DNA of 62,286 nt, counting the filler, from Actinomycetota bacterium (GTDB lineage Bacteria; Actinomycetota; CADDZG01; JAHWKV01; JAOPZY01): NCBI GenBank assembly GCA_025963875.1. It is 5 parts of 5 records of this genome, joined end to end, with 100 filler letters (N's around TTAATTAATTAA, not from the genome) between each part and the next. Parts side by side here need not be neighbours in the genome. Positions count along the whole stretch, not along the records: positions 34,339 to 48,799 come from JAOPZY010000262.1; positions 48,900 to 59,311 come from JAOPZY010000272.1; 3 more parts are not named here. One strand, written 5' to 3'. Position 1 is the stretch's first letter. Each line of letters starts with the position of its first letter. The notes below the pieces were generated by a model that was not told the DNA's origin, did no database searches, and saw only the letters and a program-made list of their open reading frames with translations. Positions 39,201 through 49,565 of the stretch are shown here, one piece after another. A program made the position numbers and the translations under genes.

Positions 39201-41306
39201 TCAGTGTACGCCTGCTGCGGAGATGACCACGTCGATGATCTTGATGCCGATGAAGGGGGCGATGACCCCGCCGACACCGTAGATGAGCAGGTTGCGGCGC
39301 AGCACCGCCGCCGCCCCGAGGGGCCGGAACTTGACGCCCTTCAGGGCGAGCGGGATGAGGGCCACGATGATGAGGGCGTTGAAGATCACCGCCGACAGGA
39401 TGGCCGAGTGCGGGTTCGCCAGGTGCATGACGTTGAGGGTCCGCAGCGGCCTGAAGACGTCCTGGAACATGGCGGGGATGATGGCGAAGTACTTCGCCAC
39501 GTCGTTGGCGATCGAGAAGGTGGTGAGCGACCCCCGGGTGATGAGGAGCTGCTTGCCGATCTCCACGATCTCGATCAGCTTCGTGGGGTTGGAGTCGAGG
39601 TCCACCATGTTGCCGGCTTCCTTGGCGGCCTGGGTCCCGGTGTTCATGGCCACGCCGACGTCTGCCTGGGCCAGCGCCGGGGCGTCATTGGTGCCGTCAC
39701 CGGTCATGGCGACGAGGAAGCCGCCCGACTGTTCCTTCTTGATGAGTGCCATCTTGTCCTCGGGGGTGGCCTCGGCGAGGAAGTCGTCGACGCCCGCCTC
39801 CTTGGCGATCGCCGCCGCCGTGAGGGGGTTGTCCCCGGTGATCATCACCGTGCGGATGCCCATCTTGCGGAGGCCCTCGAATCGCTCCGCGATGCCGGAC
39901 TTCACGATGTCCTTCAGGTGGATGACGCCGAAGACCCGGGTGTTGTCGGCCACGACCAGCGGCGTCCCTCCGGACGTGGAGATCCGCTCGACGATGGGCT
40001 CGAGGCCGTCGGGCACGTGGCCGCCCTGCTCGGTCACCCAGCGCCGAACGGAGTCGGTGGCGCCCTTGCGGATGCTCCGGGCGGGGACGCCGTCGTGGGC
40101 CTGGAGGTCGACGCCACTCATGCGGGTCTGGGCGGTGAACGCCACCAGCGTGGCGCCCACCAGCTCCCGCTCCCGCAGCCCGTAGCGCTCCTTGGCGAGC
40201 ACGACGATCGAGCGCCCTTCCGGCGTCTCGTCTGCGAGGCTGGAGAGCTGGGCGGCGTCCGCGAGGTCCTCCTCGCTCACGCCCTGCAAGGGGAGGAACT
40301 CGGCAGCCTGGCGGTTGCCCAGCGTGATGGTCCCGGTCTTGTCGAGCAGCAGCGTGGAGCAGTCGCCGGCGGCCTCGACGGCCCTGCCGCTCATGGCCAG
40401 CACGTTGCGCTGCACCAGGCGGTCCATCCCGGCGATGCCGATGGCCGAGAGCAGGCCGCCGATGGTCGTCGGGATCAGGCAGACGAGCAGGGCGACGAGC
40501 ACGGTGATGGTCTGCTGGGCGTGGGAGTACATCGCGAACGGCTGGAGCGAGACCACCGCCAGCAGGAAGATGATTGTGAGGCCGGCGAGCAGGATGTTGA
40601 GGGCGATCTCGTTCGGTGTCTTCTGCCGGCTGGCGCCCTCGACGAGGGCGATCATGCGGTCGAGGAAGCTCTCCCCCGGTTTGGAGCTGATCCGGACGAC
40701 GATCTCGTCGGACAGCACCCGCGTGCCGCCGGTCACCGAGGAGCGGTCGCCGCCCGACTCCCGGATGACCGGGGCGGACTCGCCGGTGATCGCGGACTCG
40801 TCGACCGAGGCGATGCCCTCGACGACCTCGCCGTCGCCGGGGATGAGCTGGCCGGGCCGGACGACGCACAGGTCGCCGACGGCGAGTTGCGAGGAGGGCT
40901 TTTCGACGAGCGCGCCGTCGGCGGTCCGGACATGGGCCACGGTCTCCGAGCGCGTCTTGCGCAGCGTGTCGGCCTGGGCCTTGCCCCTTCCCTCTGCCAC
41001 GGCCTCCGCGAAGTTGGCGAACAGCACGGTGAACCACAGCCAGGCCGAGACCAGCCCGGTGAAGGCGCTGTTGGCGGCGGTGGCCGATCCCAGGTCCCGG
41101 AAGAACAGGACGGTCGTGAGGACGCTGCCCACCTCGACCACGAACATCACGGGGTTGCGCCACATCTGGCGCGGGTTGAGCTTCCGGAAGGCGTCGCCGA
41201 CCGCCCGCCGGAGGATGGCGGGGTCGAACATCGACTGCTTTCGGGCACCACCGTGGTGCTCGCCCGCCGGTGGTGTCGTCGCTGGTGCCATGACCCTGGT
41301 CTCCAT
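39201..41306 (-). CDS. kdpB: K+-transporting ATPase subunit B
   Basis: [21 protein letters not shown] and GDGTNDAP. Confidence 0.98.
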   Translation of the reverse strand: METRVMAPATTPPAGEHHGGARKQSMFDPAILRRAVGDAFRKLNPRQMWRNPVMFVVEVGSVLTTVLFFRDLGSATAANSAFTGLVSAWLWFTVLFANFAEAVAEGRGKAQADTLRKTRSETVAHVRTADGALVEKPSSQLAVGDLCVVRPGQLIPGDGEVVEGIASVDESAITGESAPVIRESGGDRSSVTGGTRVLSDEIVVRISSKPGESFLDRMIALVEGASRQKTPNEIALNILLAGLTIIFLLAVVSLQPFAMYSHAQQTITVLVALLVCLIPTTIGGLLSAIGIAGMDRLVQRNVLAMSGRAVEAAGDCSTLLLDKTGTITLGNRQAAEFLPLQGVSEEDLADAAQLSSLADETPEGRSIVVLAKERYGLRERELVGATLVAFTAQTRMSGVDLQAHDGVPARSIRKGATDSVRRWVTEQGGHVPDGLEPIVERISTSGGTPLVVADNTRVFGVIHLKDIVKSGIAERFEGLRKMGIRTVMITGDNPLTAAAIAKEAGVDDFLAEATPEDKMALIKKEQSGGFLVAMTGDGTNDAPALAQADVGVAMNTGTQAAKEAGNMVDLDSNPTKLIEIVEIGKQLLITRGSLTTFSIANDVAKYFAIIPAMFQDVFRPLRTLNVMHLANPHSAILSAVIFNALIIVALIPLALKGVKFRPLGAAAVLRRNLLIYGVGGVIAPFIGIKIIDVVISAAGVH

Positions 41307-43027
41307 TAGACGTGGAAGTGACCGACGAGGTGTTCGACGATGGGACCGAGGGCGAGCACCGGGAAGTACGTCAGCCCGACGACGAGGATGACCACGCCGA
41401 GCAGCAGCCCGAAGAACAGCTTGCTCCCGGTCGGGAATGTCCCGGCCGAGGGCGGCACGGGCTGCTTGCGGGCCAGCGATCCGGCGATGGCCAGGACCGG
41501 GATCATGAGGAAGAAGCGGCCGATCAGCATGGCGATGCCGCCGGTGATGTTGTACCAGGTGGTGTTCCCGTTGAGGCCGGCGAAGGCGGACCCGTTGTTG
41601 TTGGCCTGGGAGGTGAAGGCGTACACCACCTCGGAGAGCCCGTGCGGGCCGGGGTTGAAGATGGAGCCCAGCGCCGCCTTCAGCAGGACCGACGCGGCGC
41701 TGAACGTGAGGATGGCGAGCGGCACCGCCAGGATGTAGACGACGACCAGCTTCATCTCGGCTGCCTGGATCTTCTTGCCGAGATACTCCGGTGTCCGACC
41801 CACCATCAGCCCGGCGATGAACACGGCCAGCAGGGCGAAGACCAGCATGCCGTAGAGCCCCGACCCGGTCCCCCCCGGGTCCACCTCGCCGAACATGATG
41901 TTGAGGAGGACCGTCCCTCCGGCAAGCGGCGTCAGGCTGTCGTGGGCGCAGTTGACGGCCCCCGTCGACGTACCGGTCGTGCTGCCGGCGAACAGGCCGC
42001 AGGAGGCAGCTCCGAAGCGGACCTCCTTGCCCTCCATGTTCCCGCCGGATTGCGTCGCGGTGGCGGCCTGGCTGGCGCCGGCCTGGGCAAGCACCGGGCT
42101 CGGGGCGGTCTCGAAGGCCATGATCGCCAGGCTGGTGCCCAACCACAGCACGAACATCGTGGCGACGACCACGTAGCCCTGCTTGCGGTCCCCCACCATC
42201 CGCCCGTAGGCGAAGGGGAAGGAGAACGGGATCAGCAGGATGAGGAAGATCTGCACGCCGTTCGACAGGGGGTTCGGGTTCTCGAAGGGGTGGGACGAGT
42301 TGGCGTTGTAGGGGCCGCCTCCGTTCTGGCCCGCCTCCTTGATGACCTCCTGGCTCGCCACGGGGCCGCCGGGCAGGGTCTGGGTCGCTCCCTCCACCGT
42401 GGTCACGGTCCTCGCGGCGTGGAAGTTCTGTACCACGCCCTGGCTGACGAAGAACAGGGCGCCGACGATGGCGATGGGCAGCAGGACCCGGGTGCAGGTC
42501 CGGGTGAGGTCGACCCAGAAGTTGCCGAGGTTGCCGGTGCGCCGCCGGATGAGCCCACGGACGAGGGCCACCCCCACCGCCGCCCCCGCGGCGGCCGAGA
42601 CGAAGTTGTGGAAGGCGAAACCGGCCATCTGCGTGAGCTGCGCCGCCGTGGACTCGCCGGCATAGTTCTGCCAGTTGGTGTTGGTGAGGAAGCTGACCGC
42701 GGTGTTGAAGGCAAGAACGGGTGGCATGCCCTTGAAGTGGTCGGGGTTGAGCGGCAGGTGGCCCTGGAGGCGGACCTGGGCGTAGAGGATCAGTAGCGAG
42801 ACGAAGCTGAAGGCCAGCAGCGAGTAGGCGTAGACCTTCCAGTGCTGCTCGCCCTCGGGGTCGATGCCGCAGACCCGGTAAATGAGCCGCTCCACGGGGC
42901 CGAAGATGCGGTCGCCCGGCGCGGCGCCTCCCCCGTAGACCCTGGCCAGGTACCGCCCGAGGAGCGGAGCCGCCACGGCGAGGGCGACGACCACGATGGC
43001 GACCTGCGCCCAGGCAGCAGCGGACAA
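41306..43027 (-). CDS. kdpA: K+-transporting ATPase subunit A
   Basis: [27 protein letters not shown] and NNGSAF. Confidence 0.98.
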   Translation of the reverse strand: MSAAAWAQVAIVVVALAVAAPLLGRYLARVYGGGAAPGDRIFGPVERLIYRVCGIDPEGEQHWKVYAYSLLAFSFVSLLILYAQVRLQGHLPLNPDHFKGMPPVLAFNTAVSFLTNTNWQNYAGESTAAQLTQMAGFAFHNFVSAAAGAAVGVALVRGLIRRRTGNLGNFWVDLTRTCTRVLLPIAIVGALFFVSQGVVQNFHAARTVTTVEGATQTLPGGPVASQEVIKEAGQNGGGPYNANSSHPFENPNPLSNGVQIFLILLIPFSFPFAYGRMVGDRKQGYVVVATMFVLWLGTSLAIMAFETAPSPVLAQAGASQAATATQSGGNMEGKEVRFGAASCGLFAGSTTGTSTGAVNCAHDSLTPLAGGTVLLNIMFGEVDPGGTGSGLYGMLVFALLAVFIAGLMVGRTPEYLGKKIQAAEMKLVVVYILAVPLAILTFSAASVLLKAALGSIFNPGPHGLSEVVYAFTSQANNNGSAFAGLNGNTTWYNITGGIAMLIGRFFLMIPVLAIAGSLARKQPVPPSAGTFPTGSKLFFGLLLGVVILVVGLTYFPVLALGPIVEHLVGHFHV

Positions 43028-43114
43028 CTACAGCCTCTCGGGAAAGACGAGGGCGTAGATCAGGTACCCGGTCAGCAGGACGGCCAGGATCAGGCCGATG
43101 ACGTTGTCGTTCAT
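43028..43114 (-). CDS. kdpF: KdpF subunit
   Basis: Manual translation [28 protein letters not shown], abutting the kdpA start. Confidence 0.92.
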   Translation of the reverse strand: MNDNVIGLILAVLLTGYLIYALVFPERL

Positions 43115-43260
43115 GCGGCAGCCTCGTCCGGCTCCGCCGCCTCCTCGACCGGCGTTTCGTACGAGGTATCGGTCCCGATGATCCGCTCGCAGGCGGCAAC
43201 GAAGGCCGCGGCGAGGGCGAAGAAGGCCACCATGATTCCGATGGAGAGCAGATCGCCCAT
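43111..43260 (-). CDS. 49-aa single-TM peptide upstream of kdpF
   Basis: [62 protein letters not shown] overlap with kdpF. Confidence 0.78.
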   Translation of the reverse strand: MGDLLSIGIMVAFFALAAAFVAACERIIGTDTSYETPVEEAAEPDEAAA

Positions 43261-43342
43261 GACGTCACCTCTCAAGCCGCCCGGGGCCCCCGTCGGGCCC
43301 CTCCCAATGCCACTATGGCCCCCGTCGGGCCGCGAGACATCC

Positions 43343-43393
43343 CCTGTACGCGTCCTTGATGCGAGGCGATTGTTTCTTGACGGCGCCTTGATG
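43343..43393 (-). promoter_or_regulatory. putative KdpE-binding direct repeats
   Basis: On the + strand: CCTTGATG (43354), TCTTGACG (43375), CCTTGATG (43386) and degenerate CCTGTACG (43343), phased about 11 bp apart. Confidence 0.6.
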
Positions 43394-43567
43394 AAGCCAA
43401 TCAGCAGAATCCGAGGACCTACAAAGTCTCACAGCGATCTTCTTTGTGTAATTAACTGTCATTATCATTGTTATTCACACAAATAAGCTCTGCGCCGCTA
43501 TGCCAAGCCAAGATTGACGGGTGACGTCGGCTCCCTACCGATCACACTGAGTAATGGCGGTGCGTCC

Positions 43568-43730
43568 TTACGGATGCGCCGGGCTATCCAGTAACTCCAG
43601 AGCCTCGTCGACGTTGGGTGACGTCCATGAGGGCCTGCCCGGACGAGGTTCGCTGAATGAACCGTTCCCTTTGCGGGCGGCGCGTCAGTCCGGTGCGGAT
43701 GAGCTCGTTGACCGCAGCACTCACTCCCAA
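43568..43730 (-). pseudogene. decayed VapB-type antitoxin remnant
   Basis: GVSAAVNELIRTGLTRRPQRERFIQRT...MDVT / NVDEALELLDSPAHP* across a frameshift; no start and no toxin. Confidence 0.55.
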
Positions 43731-43761
43731 TCGCATCAAAGATGCGATTGCCGAGCCTGGT

Positions 43762-44535
43762 TCAGACCCCCGCCACGGGCTCGGGGTCCCAGAGCTTGAG
43801 GCCCCCGATGATGCCGGCGGAGTTGTCGACGATCGTCACCTTCGGACCAAGGTCGGCGTCCACGTGGACCGCGTTGCCGCCGCCGACGTAGAGGTGGTCG
43901 AAGATCAGCAGCGTGTCGATGTTGCGCACCGCCTCCTGCACCCGCTTGTTCCACTTCTTCTTGCCGATCCGCTTCCGGGCGGCGTCACCCACCTGCTCGT
44001 CGTAGGTCTGGCCCTTGCGGAAGGGATGGTGTGCCAGCTCGATGTGCGGCGCCAGGTGGCCCTCGTGGTACACGGCGGTGCCCAGGCCGGTGCCGAGCGT
44101 GATGACCACCTCCAGGCCCTCGCCCTTCACCACCGCACCCCCCTGCAGGTCGGCATCGTTGGTGACCCGCGCCGGCTTGCCGAGCTCCTTCCCCAGCGCG
44201 CCGGCCAGGTCGTAGCCCGACCAGGCTGCCTCCAGCAGGGGGACGGTGGCGGTGCCGGGCCCGTCCTTGGTGACGAAGTGGGGGGCCGAGATGACCCGCC
44301 CGCCCCGGACCATCCCGGGAAAGCCGGCGGCGATTCGGTCGTAGGCGGGGAGGGGAGCCACGAGGGTGCGAAGGGCATCGATCAGGCCCTGCGGCGAGAG
44401 CGGATAGACCGTCGGGATTCGGATCCGGTCGACCAGCATGTTGCCCTTGGCGTCGAGGACCGACGCCTTCAGCCCGGTGCCACCGATGTCGATCGCCAGC
44501 GTCCTGGGGCCGGCGTTCTCGGGATGTTCGATCAT
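43762..44535 (-). CDS. ppgK: ROK family polyphosphate/ATP glucokinase
   Basis: AIDIGGTGLK, GFPG, NDADLQG, TLGTGLG, ELAH and YVGGGN. Confidence 0.82.
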   Translation of the reverse strand: MIEHPENAGPRTLAIDIGGTGLKASVLDAKGNMLVDRIRIPTVYPLSPQGLIDALRTLVAPLPAYDRIAAGFPGMVRGGRVISAPHFVTKDGPGTATVPLLEAAWSGYDLAGALGKELGKPARVTNDADLQGGAVVKGEGLEVVITLGTGLGTAVYHEGHLAPHIELAHHPFRKGQTYDEQVGDAARKRIGKKKWNKRVQEAVRNIDTLLIFDHLYVGGGNAVHVDADLGPKVTIVDNSAGIIGGLKLWDPEPVAGV

Positions 44536-47192
44536 GGTTGCTCTCCCTCCTCCTCTGCACTGCCGTCCCCGCCCGGCGGCCTGAGGAGCAGGTCGACGAT
44601 CAGGCCGGTCCAGCCCGTCTGATGGGAGGCCCCGAGGCCCGCCCCCGTGTCGCCATGGAAGTATTCATGGAACGGGATCAGATCGTGCCACCCGGGGTCC
44701 TCGTCGAAGCGGGTGGCGCCGCCGTGCACCGGCCGGCGGCCGTCGGGACCCTCCCGGAAGATGCTGGTGAGACGGCGGGCAAGGTCCTGGGCCACCTGCC
44801 CCAGGTTTGCACGGGTCCCCGAGCCCGTCGGGTACTCGACCGTGAAGGAGGGCCCGAGGAACGAGTGGAACCTCTCGAGGGTACCGATCACCAGATGGTT
44901 CACCGGGAACCACACCGGGCCCCGCCAGTTGGAGTTGCCGCCGAAGAGGCCCGTCTGCGATTCCCCCGGTTCGTAGCCCACCCGGGCCGTCGCATCGCCC
45001 AGCGCCACGGTGTACGGCTGGAGGGCGTACCGCCGTGACAGCGCCCGGATCCCATGGGGGGACAGAAACTCCTCCTCGTCGAGCACCCGGCTGAGAATAC
45101 GGACGAGGCGCGCTGGCGACACGATCGAAAGCAGCCGGCGGTCCATGTGTCCCTTCGCAGCGCCGTGGGCGCAGACCTTTTGATACGCGGGACGGTGCCG
45201 CTCGAACCACTCCATGCGCGACCGGAAGCCGGGGAGCCGGTCGAGGAAATCCGGTTCGAGCACGGCCACGGCGAAGAGGGGGATCAGGCCCACCATCGAC
45301 CGCACCCGGACGGGCTCGGCGCTACCGTCGGGCCGGTGGAGGACGTCGTAGAAGAACCCGTCGCCGTCGTCCCAGAGCCCCCGCTCATCCATCGCCACGG
45401 CGATGTAGGTGAAGTGCTCGTAGAACTTGGTGGCGATGTCCTCGTACGTCGGGTCGAACGCGGCCAGGGACAGCGAGAGGCCCAGCAGCGTGAGCGCGTA
45501 GAAGGCCATCCACCCCGTCCCGTCGGCCTGGCCGAGCCAGGTACCGGGGGGAAGCTTCGAGCGGTCGAACGGGGCGATGTTGTCCAGCCCGAGGAACCCG
45601 CCCTCGAACACATTGGTGCCGGTCGGGTCCTCCCGGTTCACCCACCAGGTGACATTGATTGTCAGCTTGTGCAGGATCCGCTCCAGGAACTCGTGGTCGC
45701 GGCCCCCGTCGATCCACCAGACCCGCAGGGCGGCGTACGCGAGGACCGGCGGGTTGACGTCGCCGAAGTCCCACTCGTAGGCGGGGAGCTGGCCGTTGGG
45801 GTGCATGAACCACTCCCGGCACAACATGACGAGCTGGTCCTTGGCGAACCCGGGGTCGAGGTGGGCGAGGGCGATGCACTGGAAGGCCAGGTCCCAGGAG
45901 GCGTACCAGGGATACTCCCAGGTGTCGGGCATGGAGACGACGTCGGCGTTGGACAGGTGCCGCCACGCGCCGTTGCGGATCGATCCCCGGCCCGGCGGCG
46001 GGGGCGGCGACGCGGGGTCACCGTCGAGCCATTCGATCACGTCGAGGTGGAAAAACTGCTTCGACCAGAGCATGCCGGCCGCCGCCTGGCGAAGGATCGC
46101 CGAGGCGTCGGGGTCGAGGCCGCCGGGCAGTCGCGCCACGAGGTGGCGGTGCCAGTCGTCGGCCTCGGCTTCCCGGGCCGCCATCACCCGCTCCCACCCG
46201 GCACCGACGTCGAGGGCCGAGGCGGTCGACGGTGCGAGCCGAAGACGCACCTCCGAGGTCCCCCCGGCCGCGACCTCCTCCTGGTACCAGCAGGCGGCCT
46301 TGGTGCCCACGAGGGCCGGGTTGACCGTTGGCGAGCCGTGGACGATGTGGTCGTGGATCCCATCCTTGGGGAACGCCGGCGACCCGGCAGCTCCCCAGAG
46401 CCGTCCGGTATTACTCTCGTTCTCGCACAGCAGTAAACGAGGACTCCCGGCGGCGCCGAGGACCCGGTCGCCGAGCAGGGATTGGCCGCGCAGCTCGATC
46501 AGGGACCCGTCCTGATCCCCGGTGAGCGTCGCCCGCCGCTGGTCACGGCCCCAGCTCCAGGTGTTGCGCAGCCAGAGGGTCGGAACGATGTGGAGGGTCG
46601 CCGGCGACGGGCCCATATTCCGAGCCCGGACCCGTACGCAGAGGTCTTCGGGATCGGCCTTGGCGACGTCCACCGTCACCTCCCACCACCCCCGGTCGAA
46701 GACGCCGGTGTCGAGCAGTTCGTACTCGGGGTCGAGGCGGGAGCGGCGCCGGTTCTCGGCCACCAGGTCGATGTAGGGGAAGGGGGCCTGCGGGTAGAGG
46801 TAGCGCCACCGCATCCAGGAGTGGGTCGGGGTCGAGTCGAGGAAGAACCAGTAGTCCTTGGCATCCTCGCCGTGGTTGCCCTCCGGGCCGTTCAGCCCGA
46901 ACATCCGCTCCTTCATGATGGGATCGACGCCATTCCACAGGGCGAGCGACAGGCACAGGAACTGATCCTCGTCACAGATACCCGCCATGCCGTCCTCGTT
47001 CCAACGGTAGGTACGGGAGCGGGCGTGATCGTGCGGGAACGAGGACCAGGCGTCGCCGCTGGCGCTGTAGTCCTCCCGGACGGTTCCCCAGGCGCGCTCG
47101 GCCAGGTAGGGGCCCCACCGCCGCCACGCAACGCCCGCATCGGCCTCGGCGAGGCGGGCACGCTCGGCAGCGCCGAGGTCCTCCGGCATCAT
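44532..47192 (-). CDS. GH63-like glucosidase (MGH1-like)
   Basis: WGPYLAERAWGTVREDYS, SMPDTWEYPWYASWDL, NSNWRGPVW and GASHQTGWT. Confidence 0.9.
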   Translation of the reverse strand: MMPEDLGAAERARLAEADAGVAWRRWGPYLAERAWGTVREDYSASGDAWSSFPHDHARSRTYRWNEDGMAGICDEDQFLCLSLALWNGVDPIMKERMFGLNGPEGNHGEDAKDYWFFLDSTPTHSWMRWRYLYPQAPFPYIDLVAENRRRSRLDPEYELLDTGVFDRGWWEVTVDVAKADPEDLCVRVRARNMGPSPATLHIVPTLWLRNTWSWGRDQRRATLTGDQDGSLIELRGQSLLGDRVLGAAGSPRLLLCENESNTGRLWGAAGSPAFPKDGIHDHIVHGSPTVNPALVGTKAACWYQEEVAAGGTSEVRLRLAPSTASALDVGAGWERVMAAREAEADDWHRHLVARLPGGLDPDASAILRQAAAGMLWSKQFFHLDVIEWLDGDPASPPPPPGRGSIRNGAWRHLSNADVVSMPDTWEYPWYASWDLAFQCIALAHLDPGFAKDQLVMLCREWFMHPNGQLPAYEWDFGDVNPPVLAYAALRVWWIDGGRDHEFLERILHKLTINVTWWVNREDPTGTNVFEGGFLGLDNIAPFDRSKLPPGTWLGQADGTGWMAFYALTLLGLSLSLAAFDPTYEDIATKFYEHFTYIAVAMDERGLWDDGDGFFYDVLHRPDGSAEPVRVRSMVGLIPLFAVAVLEPDFLDRLPGFRSRMEWFERHRPAYQKVCAHGAAKGHMDRRLLSIVSPARLVRILSRVLDEEEFLSPHGIRALSRRYALQPYTVALGDATARVGYEPGESQTGLFGGNSNWRGPVWFPVNHLVIGTLERFHSFLGPSFTVEYPTGSGTRANLGQVAQDLARRLTSIFREGPDGRRPVHGGATRFDEDPGWHDLIPFHEYFHGDTGAGLGASHQTGWTGLIVDLLLRPPGGDGSAEEEGEQP

Positions 47193-47268
47193 GATCGCCT
47201 CATTCTACGGGCAGGGCCCCTTGGCCGAGGCAGCCGACGAGGGGATTTGTCCGGTACCATCCGGCACT

Positions 47269-48210
47269 GTGAAGCTGACGGGCATCGGCATGGTCCGCAA
47301 CGAGGCGGACATCATCCGCGTCACGGTGGCCTACCACCTTGCTCTCGGCTGCGACGAGATCCTGCTCGTCGACAACGGGTCGGAGGATGGCACCCGCTGC
47401 ATCCTGCGCCACCTCGCGGAGACGGATCCGCGCATCCGCTGGAGCCGCGACGACGGGCCGTACCTCCAGGCCGAGATCATGTCGGGACTGGCCAGGGAGG
47501 CTCACGGGCGAGGCGCCGACTGGGTCCTGCCCTTCGATGCCGACGAGTTCTGGTGGTGTCGGGACGGCCGGCCGGGCAGCCTGCTGGAAGCCTGCCCGGC
47601 GGCGGTGCTGCGCGCTGAGGTGATCAACTTCGTGCAGGCCCGCGACCAGCAGCACTTCACGCCCCGGGCGCTGCGCCGCATGACGTTTCGGGCCGAAACG
47701 GTCGGCAACGTCCTGGAGGCCGGGGAGTTGGTGACCTCGGGCAGAATCGCCTACGTGCAGGCCGCCTATCCACCGAAGGTTGTGGCGCGCGCCGGCACTT
47801 CCCTGTCCCTGACCCCCGGGAACCACGACGCCGAAGGAGTCGGCGGCGAGGTGGTGGACTGCCCGGACCTCGTGGTACTGCATGCCCCACTCCGGTCGCG
47901 CCTTGCCCTCCGGGGCAAAGCCGAAACCGGGCGGCGTATGGCCGAGGTCTCCCCGTTCCCGCTTGGGTGGCACGGGCGCCGGTGGGATCACCTCGCCCAA
48001 CAAGGCGCGCTGGAAGAGGAGTGGCGGGTCAACAGCCAGGTCAACGGCGAACTGCAGCTCCACGGCCTTCGGGTTCCCCTTGTGCCCGACTTCCGCCTTC
48101 GCAGGGCGGTGGGACCCTTGGTTCGACCCGTGCCCTACCAGCGCTTGGCCCAGTGGTGCACCGACAAGCTCGAGGGGCCGAGGGACCTACGGTCAAAAGT
48201 CTCCTGGTAG
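47269..48210 (+). CDS. glycosyltransferase family 2
   Basis: MVRNEADII, VDNGSEDGT and WVLPFDADEFW. Confidence 0.85.
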   Translation: MKLTGIGMVRNEADIIRVTVAYHLALGCDEILLVDNGSEDGTRCILRHLAETDPRIRWSRDDGPYLQAEIMSGLAREAHGRGADWVLPFDADEFWWCRDGRPGSLLEACPAAVLRAEVINFVQARDQQHFTPRALRRMTFRAETVGNVLEAGELVTSGRIAYVQAAYPPKVVARAGTSLSLTPGNHDAEGVGGEVVDCPDLVVLHAPLRSRLALRGKAETGRRMAEVSPFPLGWHGRRWDHLAQQGALEEEWRVNSQVNGELQLHGLRVPLVPDFRLRRAVGPLVRPVPYQRLAQWCTDKLEGPRDLRSKVSW

Positions 48211-48799
48211 AAGTAGGGATAGAAGGTGTTCTTGGGGAAGATGGTCACGCCCCCGATGTTGACTGCGATGTCCGAGTAGCCGGTCAGGCCATCCTCGATG
48301 AGCACCGACGTCGCCATCTGCGGCCCCAGCACCGAGAAGGCCTCCGGTCCTTGTACGTCCCGGGGGATCTTTGCCAGGAAGCGTTGCAGGTAGGGATGCC
48401 CCGCCGTCGCCCCCATCACCCCGGGAGCCACACACATCTCGAAGGGCCTGTAGTAGGTTCCGTCGGGCACGTACTGGAACCCGAGGAAGCACGGAAACCT
48501 ACGCAGGGGCTCGAAGCTCTGGAGCATCTCGACGTCGGTGTCGAGGTAGATCCCCCCGTAGCGGTTCAAGGCGTGGAGCCGAATGGCGTTCGAAGCCCGC
48601 GACCATTGGCCAGCCTCGAGGGCCCGATTGATGAACGGGTCCGAGGGCAGGTTGGACTCGTCCCAGCGCACCAGCTCGAACTTCGGGCTGTGCACCCGCC
48701 AGCTCCTCAGGCAGTCCTTCATGAATTGATCGGGTTCCTTGCCACCCACCCAGCAGTAGTGGAACAGGCGGGGAAGGCGTGGCCGCAGGGCCTCCGGGA
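48135..48799 (-). CDS. GT32/DXD glycosyltransferase (5' truncated)
   Basis: PRLFHYCWVGG, WDESN, RLHALNRYGGIYLDTDV and HHWAKRW. Confidence 0.88.
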
Positions 48800-48899
48800 N
48801 NNNNNNNNNNNNNNNNNNNNNNNNNNNNNNNNNNNNNNNNNNNTTAATTAATTAANNNNNNNNNNNNNNNNNNNNNNNNNNNNNNNNNNNNNNNNNNNN
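48800..48899. other. artificial contig linker
   Basis: N runs around TTAATTAATTAA. Confidence 0.99.
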
Positions 48900-49188
48900 G
48901 GCGGTTCTCGTGGACCCCCAGGGCTTCACCCTGTACTTCCGCTCCAAGGACACCGCCTCGTCGGTGTGCTCGGCAAGCTGCGCGAACATCTGGCCCCCGC
49001 TGACCCAGCCCTCGGGCTCCCCGACCGCCGGGCCGGAGCTGACCGGGACGCTCAAGGTAGTGGCCAACGCCAACGGCAACCAGCTCGTCTACAACAACCA
49101 CCCGCTCTACCGGTACTCGGGCGACAGCGCCGCAGGACAGGCGCTCGGGCAGGGCTCGGGCGGCATCTGGTTCGTCGTCGACCCGTAG
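48900..49188 (+). CDS. secreted Yx(FWY)xxD-repeat lipoprotein (5' truncated)
   Basis: GFTLYFRSKD, CSASCANIWPP, QLVYNNHPLYRYSGD and GIWFVV. Confidence 0.88.
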
Positions 49189-49522
49189 ACCTAGCGGTGG
49201 TGGGGCCGATCGTCGAGAGCTCCGCAACGTTGTCCGTGTCAGGCACGGCTTTCGTTGCGGACTTCTCCGAGGGCAGGGCGTTCCTCCTCGGGGACGAGCC
49301 CGGCGCTGCATCGTCTCCGGCAAATCCGTCCGCAGCAGCGGGGCCACCGTCAGCAGCGCAACCGGCGACAGCGCCGGAGGGCAGGCGCTCGGGCAGGGCT
49401 CGGGCGGCATCTGGTTCGTCGTCGACCCGTAGACCTAGCGGTGGTGGGGCCGATCGTCGAAACTCCGCAACGTTGTCCGTGTCAGGCACGGCTTTCGTTG
49501 CGGACTTCTCCGAGGGCAGGGC
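49120..49522 (+). repeat. ~160-bp direct duplication (49120-49279 and 49364-49522) containing a REP-like hairpin
   Basis: Near-identical copies of the gene 3' end plus hairpin TCCGCAACG-TTGT-CCGTGT-CAG-GCACGG-CTTT-CGTTGCGGA. Confidence 0.9.
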
Positions 49523-49565
49523 TCCGGGGGCATCTGGTTCGTCGTGGAGCCTTATGGCCGGGCGC

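Noticed and set aside
39201..43268. 1355-aa KdpB fusion in the ORF track
   Set aside because: The N-terminal half is an out-of-frame read of kdpA; the real start is ATG 41306.
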